Notes: a model not told the origin generated them from the letters alone. 64,000 nt of DNA from Candidatus Latescibacterota bacterium (GCA_965198115.1 OZ240241.1:4896001-4960000); one strand, 5' to 3'. Positions 48,428 through 58,835 are shown, counted from the first letter of the stretch. Made by a program: numbers and translations.

Positions 48428-50868
48428 AGCATCGAAACCGGATCGACGTCGACGCTCAGGGCGACGGACCGGCGTCTGTGCGTGTCGAGCACGCGGCGGG
48501 CGGCGTGGTTCAGACGCCGGGCGGAATCGGACTTGGCGATGACTTGCCACCGGTACCGGCGCTGGATGCGGGCGAGTGGAGCGGGCACGGGCCCGAGCAC
48601 GTCGATCGACGGGTCTCCCGCTCGGAGTGTTTCGGCACATTCGCCGGCGGCCTGCGCGACGTTCGGTTCATCGGCGCCACGGAACAGGAACAGGGTCATT
48701 CGACCGTAGGGCGGGTAGCCGAGGTCTTCGCGGGATCTGAGTTCGGCGGTGGAGTAACTCGCATAGTCGTGCGTACGAGCACAGAGAAGCGGGTCCTCGT
48801 CGGGGCGGTAGGTCTGGATGACGACTTCGCCGGGGAGGTCACCCCTGCCGGCCCTGCCCGCGACCTGCGTGAGCAGCTGGAAAGTCCGTTCGCCCGCTCG
48901 GAAGTCGGGGAGTCCGAGTCCGGTGTCGGCGGAGATGACGCCCACGAGCGTGACGCCGGCGAAGTCCAGGCCCTTGGCGACCATTTGCGTGCCGAGAAGA
49001 ATGTCGGCTTCACCCCGGCCGAACGCGTCGAGGATGCGCTCGTGGGCGCCTTTCTGTGACGTGGAGTCGACGTCCATCCGCAGGACCCGGGCGTCGGTGA
49101 ACCGCTCGGCCAGGGCTTCTTCGACGCGTTGCGTTCCCGATCCGAATAGTTTGAGGCTGGTCGATCCGCAGGTGACGCAGGTCGGCGATCGCGGCTCGGT
49201 TCGGCCGCAGTAGTGACAAACCATGTGGCCGGCGGACGATCCTTTGGGCGCGTGGTAAGTGAGCGTAACCTGACACGAGATACATTCGAGGGCCGTGCCA
49301 CAGTCGGTGCATTGGATGAACGGGGCGTAACCGCGGCGGTTCTGAAGCAGGATGATTCGCTCGCTCCTGACCAATCGATCACGGATACCCGTTCGGAGGG
49401 CGGTCGAGAAGAGATCGCCGCCTTCGTTCCTCATGTCGATGAGTCGGACCTCCGGAAGCGGTCGGGCGTCGATGCGGGCAGGCAGCTCGATCAGGTCGAA
49501 TTTGCCCGTCGTGGCGTTGTGGTAAGATTCGAGGGACGGCGTGGCCGATCCGAGCACGACGGGGAAAGCCTCCTGTTGACCCCGTATGACGGCGACGTCG
49601 CGGGCGCTGTAGCGAGGCGCGGGGCTCTCCTGTTTGTAGGACCCATCGTGCTCTTCGTCGACGACGATGAGGCCCAGGTTGGCGACGGGTGCGAACACGG
49701 CCGACCGGGCTCCGACGACGACCTGTCGACGACCCTCCCGCACCTGACGCCACGCATCGTAACGCTCGCCCGCGGACAGGGCGCTGTGCAAGACGGCGAC
49801 CCGGTCGCCGAATCGAGCCCTGAACCGCCGGACCGTCTGCGGCGTGAGCGCGATTTCGGGAATGAGGACGATGGCGCCTCTCTGTTTTTCGAGAGCGGCG
49901 GCGACCGCTTCGATGTAAACGAGCGTCTTTCCGCTGCCGGTGACGCCGTGGACGAGGTGGACGCTGAACCGCCGGGCTGCTACGTCGGGAAGGATCCTGT
50001 CGAGGGCGTCCTGCTGGTCTCCCGTGGGATCGAGCGATTCGGGCGGCTCGGCCGGGACTTCGGCGTAGGGATCGCGGACCACTTCCCGTTCCTGAAGTTC
50101 GACGAGATGACGGTCTGCCAGCCGGCGCAGGACTGCGCCATCGACGCCGACTTCACCCAGCTCTTTGGCCGTGGCCGCCCCGCCCTGGTCGAGCAGGTAG
50201 TCGAGACAGGCTGCCTGTTTGGGCGCCCGCTTTCTGAGGGTGGGGAGCTCCGCGACTGCCCAGTTAGGGTCCGTCGGGAGGAGTCGCGCGATCCGCTCTG
50301 TGCTGACACGAACACGCGGGTCGACCATGGCCTGACGCGCTTCGAGGATTCCCCTGCGGACGAGGTCGTTGACGATCCGGCGTGTGCCGCGTCCGAGCCG
50401 GCGCTCGAGTTGACGCAGGTTCAGGTCGCCCGCCTCCTCGAGGGTGGCTATCACGTCGCTCTGGCGATGCGTCAACTCGCCATTGGGACGAGGGGATGCG
50501 GCGATCGAGATGCGCTGGTCACTCTGGGTATGGATGCCAGCGGGGAGGGCGGCGGTGAGAACTTCTGCGAGGGTGCAGAGATAGTAGCTAGCGACCCAGC
50601 GGCACGTCGAGAGAAGTTCGGCAGTCAGGACGGGATACGGATCGAGGCACATCGCCACAGACCGAACGTTGACGATGTCGGTGGTGTCCTGAAACCCGAC
50701 GACGATGCCGGTCGCCCAGCGCGGCCCGAGGGGAACGAGGACGCGACTGCCCACGGTAATGGCAGGCCGGTCTGGAGGGGGATCGCGCAGATCTTCGGGA
50801 ACCTGGTAGGTCATCGCCCGGTCGATGCGGGCACCCAACGGTACGATATCTGCGAACGGGCCTGACAT
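48424..50868 (-). CDS. priA: Primosomal protein N'
   Basis: GVTGSGKT, PEIALTPQ, VDEEH, LGSATPS, NRRGY, Cys cluster, GTQMVAKGLDF. Confidence 0.96.
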   Translation of the reverse strand: MSGPFADIVPLGARIDRAMTYQVPEDLRDPPPDRPAITVGSRVLVPLGPRWATGIVVGFQDTTDIVNVRSVAMCLDPYPVLTAELLSTCRWVASYYLCTLAEVLTAALPAGIHTQSDQRISIAASPRPNGELTHRQSDVIATLEEAGDLNLRQLERRLGRGTRRIVNDLVRRGILEARQAMVDPRVRVSTERIARLLPTDPNWAVAELPTLRKRAPKQAACLDYLLDQGGAATAKELGEVGVDGAVLRRLADRHLVELQEREVVRDPYAEVPAEPPESLDPTGDQQDALDRILPDVAARRFSVHLVHGVTGSGKTLVYIEAVAAALEKQRGAIVLIPEIALTPQTVRRFRARFGDRVAVLHSALSAGERYDAWRQVREGRRQVVVGARSAVFAPVANLGLIVVDEEHDGSYKQESPAPRYSARDVAVIRGQQEAFPVVLGSATPSLESYHNATTGKFDLIELPARIDARPLPEVRLIDMRNEGGDLFSTALRTGIRDRLVRSERIILLQNRRGYAPFIQCTDCGTALECISCQVTLTYHAPKGSSAGHMVCHYCGRTEPRSPTCVTCGSTSLKLFGSGTQRVEEALAERFTDARVLRMDVDSTSQKGAHERILDAFGRGEADILLGTQMVAKGLDFAGVTLVGVISADTGLGLPDFRAGERTFQLLTQVAGRAGRGDLPGEVVIQTYRPDEDPLLCARTHDYASYSTAELRSREDLGYPPYGRMTLFLFRGADEPNVAQAAGECAETLRAGDPSIDVLGPVPAPLARIQRRYRWQVIAKSDSARRLNHAARRVLDTHRRRSVALSVDVDPVSML

Positions 50869-51854
50869 CAGGGTCGGGAGGGCTCGATCTCTTCGACCCA
50901 GATGCTGGCGCGGGAAATGAACAGACGAACCTTTCGTCCTTCCTCGGCGAGTGCGCCTTCGGTGGCGAGTGTCTTCCCGAGCAAATCCAGACGAACGTCA
51001 CTCCCCCGATCGACCTCGACGAGGAAACGCTCTTCGGCCTCCCAGGTGAGACGACGACCGGACGCGACGAGTCCGGCGAAGAGCGGCTCGCCGTCCGCCC
51101 TGACGGCGATGGTGGACGTGCCGAGACCGATGGCGGAGAGCGTGATTCTGGGTGCGCCCGGTAGACCGTAGGTCTGTGGGGTCAGCGAGTAGGCCGCGAC
51201 GACCCGTTCACGGGTGGTGACGGTTCGATCGCCGGCAGGTGGCGCATCGGAGGAGGGTGTTGGCGTGGCCCGGGAGACGTCTCGTTCGGACCGGGTGAGT
51301 GGAGAAGCCGTGGCCGACGGTCTGGCTGTGGAGGCAGTAGACTCGCTCGCCGAGCCTGCGGAGACAGGCATATGCTCTGGTTGCGAGACCGACGTCACCT
51401 GATTGCCCGGGACGGCCGCTTCTACGGGTCGGTTCTCGTCGGGTGACGTGGCCAGGTCCGCGGTCGGGTCCTGGTTGAGCAGGATGAGTCCGACCAAGCC
51501 AATCAACATCAGGCTCGAGGCGCCGACGACGACCCACCGTGACCCGGTGTCCCGTCGTGCAGCCGTGGCGGACACGTCATCTTCGCGGGCCTTGCGCAGC
51601 GTGGCTCTGTCGTAGGCCACGATGACTTCGTCAGGATCCGCACCCACCTCCTGGGCGACCTTGCGGAGGAACATGCGGATGTAGGCTTCGGGCAAGACGT
51701 GAAAGTCACCCGCCTCGAGCGCCGTGATGAATTCGGCGTTGATCCGTGTTCGACTGAACAGGTCGTGAACGGACAGGCCGAGGGACTCACGTCGGGTTCG
51801 GAGTTCGTGAGCGACGTCTTCCACGTCAGGCCTCTCGGAGTGCGGCGACGACAT
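50868..51854 (-). CDS. RodZ-like protein (HTH, TM, C-terminal domain)
   Basis: LRTRRESLGLS...TRI..EFITALEAGDF..LPEAY, single TM, low-complexity linker. Confidence 0.8.
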   Translation of the reverse strand: MSSPHSERPDVEDVAHELRTRRESLGLSVHDLFSRTRINAEFITALEAGDFHVLPEAYIRMFLRKVAQEVGADPDEVIVAYDRATLRKAREDDVSATAARRDTGSRWVVVGASSLMLIGLVGLILLNQDPTADLATSPDENRPVEAAVPGNQVTSVSQPEHMPVSAGSASESTASTARPSATASPLTRSERDVSRATPTPSSDAPPAGDRTVTTRERVVAAYSLTPQTYGLPGAPRITLSAIGLGTSTIAVRADGEPLFAGLVASGRRLTWEAEERFLVEVDRGSDVRLDLLGKTLATEGALAEEGRKVRLFISRASIWVEEIEPSRP

Positions 51855-52446
51855 CGCCGGTAGGGGAATCGTCGACCCGGAGATGGTCCTGGTACGGTCG
51901 GAGCATGCGGTAGAGGTCGGCCACGGGCAGGCCGACGACGTTGTAGTAGCAACCGTCGATCTGCTCGACGAAGACGGCGGCGCGTCCCTGAATACCATAG
52001 GCGCCCGCTTTGTCGTAGGGCTCGTCGGTGTCGACGTAGGCCTGGATTTCGGCCTCGTCGAGCGTTCGGAAGGTCACGCGCGTCGTCGTGACGCCGGCCG
52101 TCGACCGATCGGATGCGCCCAGAACGACAGAAAGCCCCGTATGGACGTCGTGCGTGCGGCCCGACAGGGCACGGATCGACTCGACGGCCGCCTTTCGGCC
52201 CTCAGGCTTTCCGAGGATGATGCCGTCGAGTGCGACGACGGTATCGGCCCCAATGACGACGTGGTCGGGACGACGCTGCGCGACACGGCGTGCCTTGCGC
52301 TCCGCAAGGTGGACGACCGTCGCTTCGGGGGACGTGGCGACGGTCTCTTCGGCGGCATCGCTGGGGTCGATTTCGAACTCAAACCCCAACAGGCGTACGA
52401 GCTCTGCTCGCCGAGGCGACGCGGATGCGAGGACGAGCGGATTCAC
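51826..52446 (-). CDS. maf: Maf-family nucleotide pyrophosphatase
   Basis: LASASPRR, GADTVV, LGKP, DKAGAYGIQ, NVVGLP. Confidence 0.93.
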   Translation of the reverse strand: MNPLVLASASPRRAELVRLLGFEFEIDPSDAAEETVATSPEATVVHLAERKARRVAQRRPDHVVIGADTVVALDGIILGKPEGRKAAVESIRALSGRTHDVHTGLSVVLGASDRSTAGVTTTRVTFRTLDEAEIQAYVDTDEPYDKAGAYGIQGRAAVFVEQIDGCYYNVVGLPVADLYRMLRPYQDHLRVDDSPTGDVVAALREA

Positions 52447-52898
52447 GAGATCTCCCGCGCAGGAGATTCGATCATCAATGTCACGGGACCGTCGTTCTGA
52501 ATGTCGACCCGCATGTGAGCCCCGAACCACCCACGCTCGACAGGAACACCCTTCTGTTCGACGGCGTCAGCGAAGGCTTCGTAGAGCGGCTCGGCCGAGT
52601 CGGGTGACGCCGCGTCGGTGAAACCCGGACGCCTGCCCCGGCGCGTGTCGGAGTAGAGTGTGAACTGGCTGATGACGAGGGCCTCGCCTCCGATGTCGAG
52701 CACCGATCGGTTCATCTTGCCTTCGTCGTCGTTGAAGATTCTGAGGTTCGTGACCTTGTCGACAAGGTATTCCAGATCCTCCGGCGTGTCGGACGCGGCG
52801 ACGCCGAGCAGGATGACGAGGCCAGGGCCGATCCGGTTTTCGCCCTTCCCCTCAGCGGAGACTCCCGCCTCAGTGACTCGTTGAATCAGAGCCCGCAC
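52443..52898 (-). CDS. dtd: D-aminoacyl-tRNA deacylase
   Basis: MRALIQRV, LRIF, SQFTL, GRRPGF, NDGPVT. Confidence 0.95.
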   Translation of the reverse strand: MRALIQRVTEAGVSAEGKGENRIGPGLVILLGVAASDTPEDLEYLVDKVTNLRIFNDDEGKMNRSVLDIGGEALVISQFTLYSDTRRGRRPGFTDAASPDSAEPLYEAFADAVEQKGVPVERGWFGAHMRVDIQNDGPVTLMIESPAREIS

Positions 52899-52960
52899 CG
52901 AAGTCCAATGTCTCTCGTAACTTACAGTAATTTATATAAATAGCTCGACAAGACCGTTGG

Positions 52961-52989
52961 AATCTAATCGAATGGGAGAGGGTTTGCAA
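52961..52989 (-). promoter_or_regulatory. Sigma70-type promoter of the dtd-priA-moxR operon
   Basis: TTGCAA-17 nt-TAGATT on the minus strand in an AT-rich stretch. Confidence 0.5.
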
Positions 52990-53078
52990 GGGGGTTGCGC
53001 CCGCTTGTGCGGGCGAAAGGCAGAAGTGCCAACGTAAAAGGAGAACGGATGCGGGAGAGCTGCTCCAACGGCTCTCAA

Positions 53079-53113
53079 CTCGGAGATCGGCAATCGGAGG
53101 TTGGGATTCGGTT
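53079..53113 (+). repeat. Degenerate heptamer tandem array (nTCGGnn x5)
   Basis: ctcggag-atcggca-atcggag-gttggga-ttcggtt beside the lptD-like stop codon. Confidence 0.55.
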
Positions 53114-53114
53114 T

Positions 53115-55514
53115 TCAGAGGCCGTAAACGTTGCCTCGTTTGGTGGAGAAACCGAACTGGGGGAATTGCTTGATGTTGACCTTGAACGCGGCGCCGCGTG
53201 CGAACCCATTGGGAACGATTCGAGCCTGAGCTTCGAAGCAATGAAGGTCCCTGTAGATGGAAATTTCCTGGTTCGTGACGTCGGGATTGACGAGGTCGAG
53301 ACGGATTGAGTAGTCGACACGCCAGTCCCTGTGAGGGCTGAAGGCCAGGGCTGACCGAAACCAGGACGTGTGGGATGTGGTCGTTCCCGTTCTTCGGAAC
53401 TCGAACTGGTGGCCCACGGAGACCCGCCACGGGCCTGCTCGATCGATGTCGCGATTCAGGTTGCGCTCGTATCCGAATTCGGACGGGTCCTGGCCGTAAC
53501 GATCCTGACTGAACCGGTCCAGGGCGAAATCTGACGGATCAGACAGACGTTCGTCTTCGCGTCTACGACTTCGAGCCGTGTCGGCGCGCGTACCCGTGAA
53601 GGACAGACTCGTCGTGGCCGAGAGGTTTCTAAGCAGGGGCGAAAACGGTTTCCAGGTGTCGCCCTGGTTGTAAAGCTCGTGCGTCATGTTCACCCGGAGA
53701 TCGATGCGGCGGTCAGGTTTGACGGAGACGGTGGTACGAACCGGCTGCACGCGCCGCCGCGAGGGCGAGTCGAAGTCGAGGGCCGTGCGGATGTTCGCGG
53801 TGACGAGCGTGAATCGTCGTTCCTCGCCGTCTTCGTTTGCCGTTTTGACGTCGAAGCTGTTGGAGATGCTGACGGTCGCAGAGCGTCGTGCGTCGCCCGC
53901 CATCCGTGTGCCGCCAAAGCCGAACGTCCCGCCGGATACGGTGGCGTTCTGCGCATATCGTAACCCGATCCTCGGCTGGAATCGGTGGCGGATGCCCCGC
54001 AGACGGCCGGCACGAACGTTGAATATCCCGTAGAGGGTCGTGCCGGTGGTGATGCCGCCCGTGTAGGTTTCGTTCCGTGTGGGCGCGCCCGTGTTGTTTC
54101 GAGAAAGGCGTTGAGAGGTCGTGAAGTTAGGGGTCAGCTCGACCCAGCCGAACGGTCGATGCTGGCTGTTCACGCTGAGGCGACCTCCGAAGGTGAGGTT
54201 CTGAGGCTCATCGTCCTGATCGGGTGCGCGTGCGAACCGGTTGTCGACATCGCCAGACAGGCTGTAGTAGAAGGCGCGGTACCAGGGTCCACCGCGGCGC
54301 GAGCGCGACGCGCGATCGTTGGACCCGAAGACGCGTCGACGGCCCTGACGGAACGTCAGACGCGGGAAGCCCTGGAAGTTGTTCTCCCGATCGACCAGGT
54401 CTCGGAAGTAGGTCATACTCAGGTCGACGCTGCGCCCCGCGTCGCGCCAGTCCTTGTCGATCGAGAAGGATGATCTGAGCTGCGAGTTGAGGAAGGTGTA
54501 GAGGTCTTCGGCGTTGCGCTGGTCGAAGGAGCGGCTGTTCGTGAAGTTTCCCGTTGCCCGGAGGTTCGAGGTCGGCGAGAGTCGCTGCCAGTGGTTCAGG
54601 TCGAGCCGCCAGCTGCGTGTGGATGTCTCGGTTCCGGTGTTGAAGTTTTCGAACTGGAAGAACACGCGTCCGTTCATCCGTCTGCGAACGTTGTAGTTGA
54701 ACAGACCGTCGAGGAGGATGCCGCCCGTTTCGCGGACGTTCGTTCGAGCGGTGGCATCCCAGTACTCACTGGGTGCGTAGTAGTAGCCGAGGTTGTTGAC
54801 GGTGATTCCGTCTCGACTGTTGGACCCCACGCTCGGTGTGAGGACGCCCGAACTTCGACCTTGCCGAAGTGGGAAGACGTAGAAGGGAAACCAGGCGATC
54901 GGTACGGGTCCGAGTTCGAAGGTGACGTTCCTGGCGACTCCCTTGTCGTTCTCGACAATCTTGAGACGGTCGACGAGGAAGCGATAGTGTTCGTGGTCTT
55001 CCTCGCAGGTGGTGAGAGAGATGTCGCGAAGGTGCACGTTCCTCGTCGAGTCGAGGATGGCGTGCGCGCCTTTGATGTAGTATTTGCTCTGACTGACGGC
55101 CTGGCCGTCCCACACTCGCCCCCTGCCCGAATCCAGGTGGTAGACTAGCCGTGATCCGGAGAATCGTTCCTGACCCCCGCCCCTGGAAAAATCGGGACGT
55201 TCGGACAATCTACCCGTCTCGTCGACGAGCGCCTCTGCCGTCAGCGTTCGTTCACCTCGGTCGAAGATCACCCGGGCCGCGCGGATTTCGACGTCAGCGT
55301 AGTTGACGACGACGTTTCCTTCGAGGGTGACGACGTCGGCGCGGGCATCCTCGAAGGCCCGGTCTGCGCGGAATGCCACCGCCCCGGGCTTCGAAGTCAC
55401 TTTTGGCCGTTCTGCCGCGTCGCGATTCTGTCTGTGCTGGCAGGTTCCGGTCGCCGGCCACGCCACGATCAGGGCCAACACCAGGGCGAGATTTCGTAGG
55501 ATTCTGTGGCTCAT
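53115..55514 (-). CDS. lptD: LPS assembly protein LptD-like outer-membrane protein
   Basis: Signal peptide, OstA-like N-terminus (LEGNVVVNY), LTTC..DH, R.SGVL.PS.G, beta-strand-rich body, IYRDLHC. Confidence 0.8.
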   Translation of the reverse strand: MSHRILRNLALVLALIVAWPATGTCQHRQNRDAAERPKVTSKPGAVAFRADRAFEDARADVVTLEGNVVVNYADVEIRAARVIFDRGERTLTAEALVDETGRLSERPDFSRGGGQERFSGSRLVYHLDSGRGRVWDGQAVSQSKYYIKGAHAILDSTRNVHLRDISLTTCEEDHEHYRFLVDRLKIVENDKGVARNVTFELGPVPIAWFPFYVFPLRQGRSSGVLTPSVGSNSRDGITVNNLGYYYAPSEYWDATARTNVRETGGILLDGLFNYNVRRRMNGRVFFQFENFNTGTETSTRSWRLDLNHWQRLSPTSNLRATGNFTNSRSFDQRNAEDLYTFLNSQLRSSFSIDKDWRDAGRSVDLSMTYFRDLVDRENNFQGFPRLTFRQGRRRVFGSNDRASRSRRGGPWYRAFYYSLSGDVDNRFARAPDQDDEPQNLTFGGRLSVNSQHRPFGWVELTPNFTTSQRLSRNNTGAPTRNETYTGGITTGTTLYGIFNVRAGRLRGIRHRFQPRIGLRYAQNATVSGGTFGFGGTRMAGDARRSATVSISNSFDVKTANEDGEERRFTLVTANIRTALDFDSPSRRRVQPVRTTVSVKPDRRIDLRVNMTHELYNQGDTWKPFSPLLRNLSATTSLSFTGTRADTARSRRREDERLSDPSDFALDRFSQDRYGQDPSEFGYERNLNRDIDRAGPWRVSVGHQFEFRRTGTTTSHTSWFRSALAFSPHRDWRVDYSIRLDLVNPDVTNQEISIYRDLHCFEAQARIVPNGFARGAAFKVNIKQFPQFGFSTKRGNVYGL

Positions 55515-55577
55515 GGTCCTATTTCGGTCCTGCAGGTCAATCTTTCGTTCGAAAATCGCGAATCAGGTGGCTCATTC

Positions 55578-55606
55578 TTGAAATTCGGTCTTGTAAGCCA
55601 TAAACT
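55578..55606 (+). promoter_or_regulatory. Sigma70-type promoter, probably of the kinase gene, now cut off by IS630
   Basis: TTGAAA-17 nt-TAAACT ends at the IS target site. Confidence 0.5.
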
Positions 55607-55608
55607 TA

Positions 55609-56870
55609 GTACTCCTGTTCTCAAATACGGTGACGTATTCTAAGCAGACTTTGCCAAGGGCGTATCGTAGAACCTGAGTTTGTCGATCATCTCCGCGAGA
55701 TCTGTTCGTGTGAACTTCCATTTGAAGGGTGTGGCGATACGTCCGTAGCGTTCCTGAAAACCGAGGATTCTTGCCTCAAGCTCTTCGAGCGATGCAAATT
55801 CGATAGGTGTCAGAGCCTTGCGTTTGAGGATCGAGAAGTAGATCTCGATCTGATTGAGCCAGCTTGCGTGGATCGGAAGGTGAACGGGGTGGATGTTTGG
55901 CCACTTCCCCTGGATACGGTCGATGCATGTTTGCCCTCGGTGCGAGGAGCCATTATCCACGATGAGGTAGACTTTCTTTGCCGAGCAATAGGGTTTCCGG
56001 CTCATGATCAGGCTCAGGAGCCGGTTGAAGGGCTCGATACCCGAAGAAGACTCACAGAGACCGAAGATTCGACCATTGTGCACGTCGAGAGCAGCCAGAT
56101 AGGCCAGGGCTCCTTTCCGCTCGTATTCGTGTTTCAACGCGTGCCGCTCTGTTCGAGGCTGGCGGTAGGGTAACGTGCTTGCGAGCTCGTGCTTGAATAC
56201 TGGTCTTTTCGTCGGCAGAAAGTACATATTCCCTCGGCCCTAAAGGCTTTCCTTGCCATTGGCGGTGATACAGATCAAGGACTCTACCTGCTTTGGTTTG
56301 GAAGTCCGGGTCCCGTGGGAAAATCCAGGAGCGATGATACCAAGGACGAATCGCGTCCTCGTTCAACCAGCGCCAGACAGTGGCGCCGCTGATCTTGGCA
56401 ACGAAGCCCCTTTGCACTGCCTCGGCGGCAATCTCGGAACAGCTGAACCGCGAGAGCGGTATCCCGCTCTCGCTCGGTAGTTCACACGCCAGCGCCTTGA
56501 TCTGAACGACCACCTGAGGGGGGAAAACCGGGCGGGCGCCCGGGACGAGATCTATCTTCGAGTCCCGAAAGACGCTCTTCGAAAAAGCGCTTACGCCATT
56601 TGCTTACGATCGGACGCGGGACATCCAACCGTTGGGCGATAATCTTGTTGGATAATCCCTCGGCGGCGAGAAGCACGATTTTCGATCGGATCACTTGATA
56701 ATACGGTAACGTATATTGTCCAGCCATTCGCTCGAGGTCGACCTGTTCCTTCTCAGACAGTAGCACCACATAAGGCGAACGTCTTGGCATTGTTCTCCTC
56801 CTTTTGAAGGAGAACATAAGCTACAAATAATGTTCAGGACATACGTAATAATGTTTATGAAACCATGCAC
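55609..56870 (-). mobile_element. IS630-family insertion sequence, copy B (1262 bp)
   Basis: Same ORFs as copy A; TTA at 55606-08 and 56871-73; two substitutions in the terminal repeat relative to copy A. Confidence 0.9.
55640..56790 (-). pseudogene. IS630 transposase in three frames
   Basis: Translations identical to copy A. Confidence 0.85.
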
Positions 56871-56948
56871 TTAGGTATGCACGACTCGCAATGATCGTTC
56901 CAGATGAACTCACCGTCGCGGTCAGGGGCAGCCGGGACAGGAGGAGGC

Positions 56949-58367
56949 GTGATCGACTCCCTCACGATTCCGCTTTTCGAAAACCTCAGCGATGATGATC
57001 GCACCGCATTGTTGCGGAGTGCGACCGTCCGTCCCTGCGTGGATGGCGAAGCCATTATCAACGAGGGCGACCCCGGAGAAGGCATCTTCGTCATTTCCCA
57101 GGGCGAAGTGCTCATCGAAAAGGCCACGATCGAGGGCAAGGCCGAAGTGCTGACCGTCCTGGGTGCGGGCGAGTGCTTCGGGGAACTGGCGCTCGTCGAC
57201 CACGGGCCCCGGAGCGCAACCGTCCGGTCCCGGGGATCGGCCGAGGTACTGGCGTTCGAGGCCGACACTCTCGACGCGTTTTTCACGGCACACGGCGAAG
57301 TCCATCGTGCGATTCTGAAGAACCTCGCGGTCATCACGTCGGGTCGGCTTCGGAGACTCGACGAGGCGGTGATCGAAAGCGCCTACGACTCCGTACTCCT
57401 GATCGACAATGTTTTCCGGATTCTTAAGCATCGTCAGATTACGGACCGAACACCGTTGATCCCGGCGAGCGCCCAATCCGGTTCGGATCTTTTCGAGGTC
57501 GTGCCACGGCTCGGCGAGGGGGTACGCCAGAACCTGACATCGATCATTCGCGCCGAAGACCTCGCCAGGATGAACCTGGAATACGAGAGCGACGAGGGCG
57601 CGACGGACTACTTCGAACTGACCGTAGCCCCGAACGGAGAGGCCGGAGCCTCCGTCGGGATCCGCAACGTCATGGAGTCCAAAGCGCTCGAAACCCGGCT
57701 GATCCAGTCGGAAAAGCTGGCTATGACGGGTCAGATGTCGGCCGAAATCGGACACGAGCTGCGCAACTTTTTAACTGTTCTGATCGGTCACGTCGACTTG
57801 CTCGGCATCAACCCCGATATCCAGCAGAGCGAAAAAGGGAAGCGCAGCATCGGGATCATCGCCGAGCAGCTGGAGCGCGTCGAAAAATTCGCGTCGGGTC
57901 TGATGGAGCTCGGCCAGCTTAAGCTGCAGAAAGAGCCGTCCCACGTGAACCTGTTGATCGAGAAACTGATCGGCTTCATACAGGGGCAGCAACGTTTCAG
58001 GCAGGTCGAGTTCGAACTCGATCTCGGTAAGGGCGTGCCGTTGATCGAGGCCGATCCGGGTCAGATCCAGCAGGTGTTGCTCAATTTGTTTGCGAACGCG
58101 GCCGACGCGATGGGGGCGGGGATTGTGGCGGTGGGGACCCTACTCGACGATGACGGTCGGCTGGTTGTCGCGGTTCGGGACACCGGACCGGGTATGCCCG
58201 ACGAGGTGGTCGCCCGGATCTTCGAGACTGGGTTCACGACGAAGGATACGGGTCACGGGTTCGGCCTGCCCGTCTGCCGACGGATCGTCGAGAACCACGG
58301 CGGCGTGATCGACGTGGAAACCGAGCCCGGCGTGGGTACAACGTTTACGTTGACCTTTACTATCTGA
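56949..58367 (+). CDS. Cytoplasmic sensor histidine kinase with a cyclic-nucleotide-binding domain
   Basis: FGELAL....PRSATV (cNMP domain), PAS-like middle, HELRN H-box, NLFANAADA, DTGPG, FTTK..GHGFGL. Confidence 0.92.
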   Translation: MIDSLTIPLFENLSDDDRTALLRSATVRPCVDGEAIINEGDPGEGIFVISQGEVLIEKATIEGKAEVLTVLGAGECFGELALVDHGPRSATVRSRGSAEVLAFEADTLDAFFTAHGEVHRAILKNLAVITSGRLRRLDEAVIESAYDSVLLIDNVFRILKHRQITDRTPLIPASAQSGSDLFEVVPRLGEGVRQNLTSIIRAEDLARMNLEYESDEGATDYFELTVAPNGEAGASVGIRNVMESKALETRLIQSEKLAMTGQMSAEIGHELRNFLTVLIGHVDLLGINPDIQQSEKGKRSIGIIAEQLERVEKFASGLMELGQLKLQKEPSHVNLLIEKLIGFIQGQQRFRQVEFELDLGKGVPLIEADPGQIQQVLLNLFANAADAMGAGIVAVGTLLDDDGRLVVAVRDTGPGMPDEVVARIFETGFTTKDTGHGFGLPVCRRIVENHGGVIDVETEPGVGTTFTLTFTI

Positions 58368-58390
58368 TTGCGACCCTGATCTCCTGATTC

Positions 58391-58450
58391 AGCCCGGTCT
58401 TCGGACCGGGCTTTTTTTATGGGTGCCCGGTCTCTTGACCGGGCCTTTTT
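58391..58450 (+). terminator. Two tandem Rho-independent terminators
   Basis: AGCCCGGTC-ttcg-GACCGGGCT plus T run, then GCCCGGTC-tctt-GACCGGGC plus T run. Confidence 0.88.
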
Positions 58451-58562
58451 CGTGCCCACTCGATCTATGAGGGGAACAAATTTCCGCTTCTGGGTCGAGA
58501 GATCGAACCAGTGGATAGGTCAAGTGCTGTAAAAACATATATTTCCAAGATCAATCCGAATC

Positions 58563-58577
58563 TGGCATCCGGCTTGC
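58563..58577 (+). promoter_or_regulatory. Sigma54-type -24/-12 promoter
   Basis: TGGCAT-CCGGC-TTGC with canonical GG-N10-GC spacing, preceded by an AT-rich tract. Confidence 0.6.
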
Positions 58578-58645
58578 GATAGACTGGCCGGGTGACGTAT
58601 TGCCCTCGAAATCCCCCCGAATCTCCCTAACAGTAGGCGTTTCCC

Positions 58646-58783
58646 TTGATCTGGACTATACCGCTTCTCCTCATCGCTGTAGCGCTCGGGTTCGGCTTCT
58701 TGATCTGGGTCAGTCTGGCCCTTCTGGATGAGTGGGAGACCCTGCAAATCATCGCTAAAGGAAATTTCAGACGTGCCGATTAG
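58646..58783 (+). CDS. Putative 45-aa single-pass membrane microprotein
   Basis: TTG-started frame MIWTIPLLLIAVALGFGFLIWVSLALLDEWETLQIIAKGNFRRAD*; below the ORF-track cutoff; weak RBS. Confidence 0.45.
   Translation: MIWTIPLLLIAVALGFGFLIWVSLALLDEWETLQIIAKGNFRRAD
58756..58782 (+). promoter_or_regulatory. Sigma28 (FliA/WhiG)-type promoter
   Basis: TAAA-15 nt-GCCGATTA, about 53 nt before the next ATG. Confidence 0.6.
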
Positions 58784-58835
58784 ACTAGATAGAAGGTCGA
58801 AAAAGCAGGACATTCGTGGACGAAAGGAGCGCACA

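Noticed and set aside
41172-50865. Long + strand ORFs (472, 725, 329 and 550 aa)
   Set aside because: All lie opposite well-supported minus-strand genes and show no motifs of their own.
58520-58834. 104-aa minus-strand ORF
   Set aside because: No RBS or motif; the + strand promoters and microprotein frames explain the region better.
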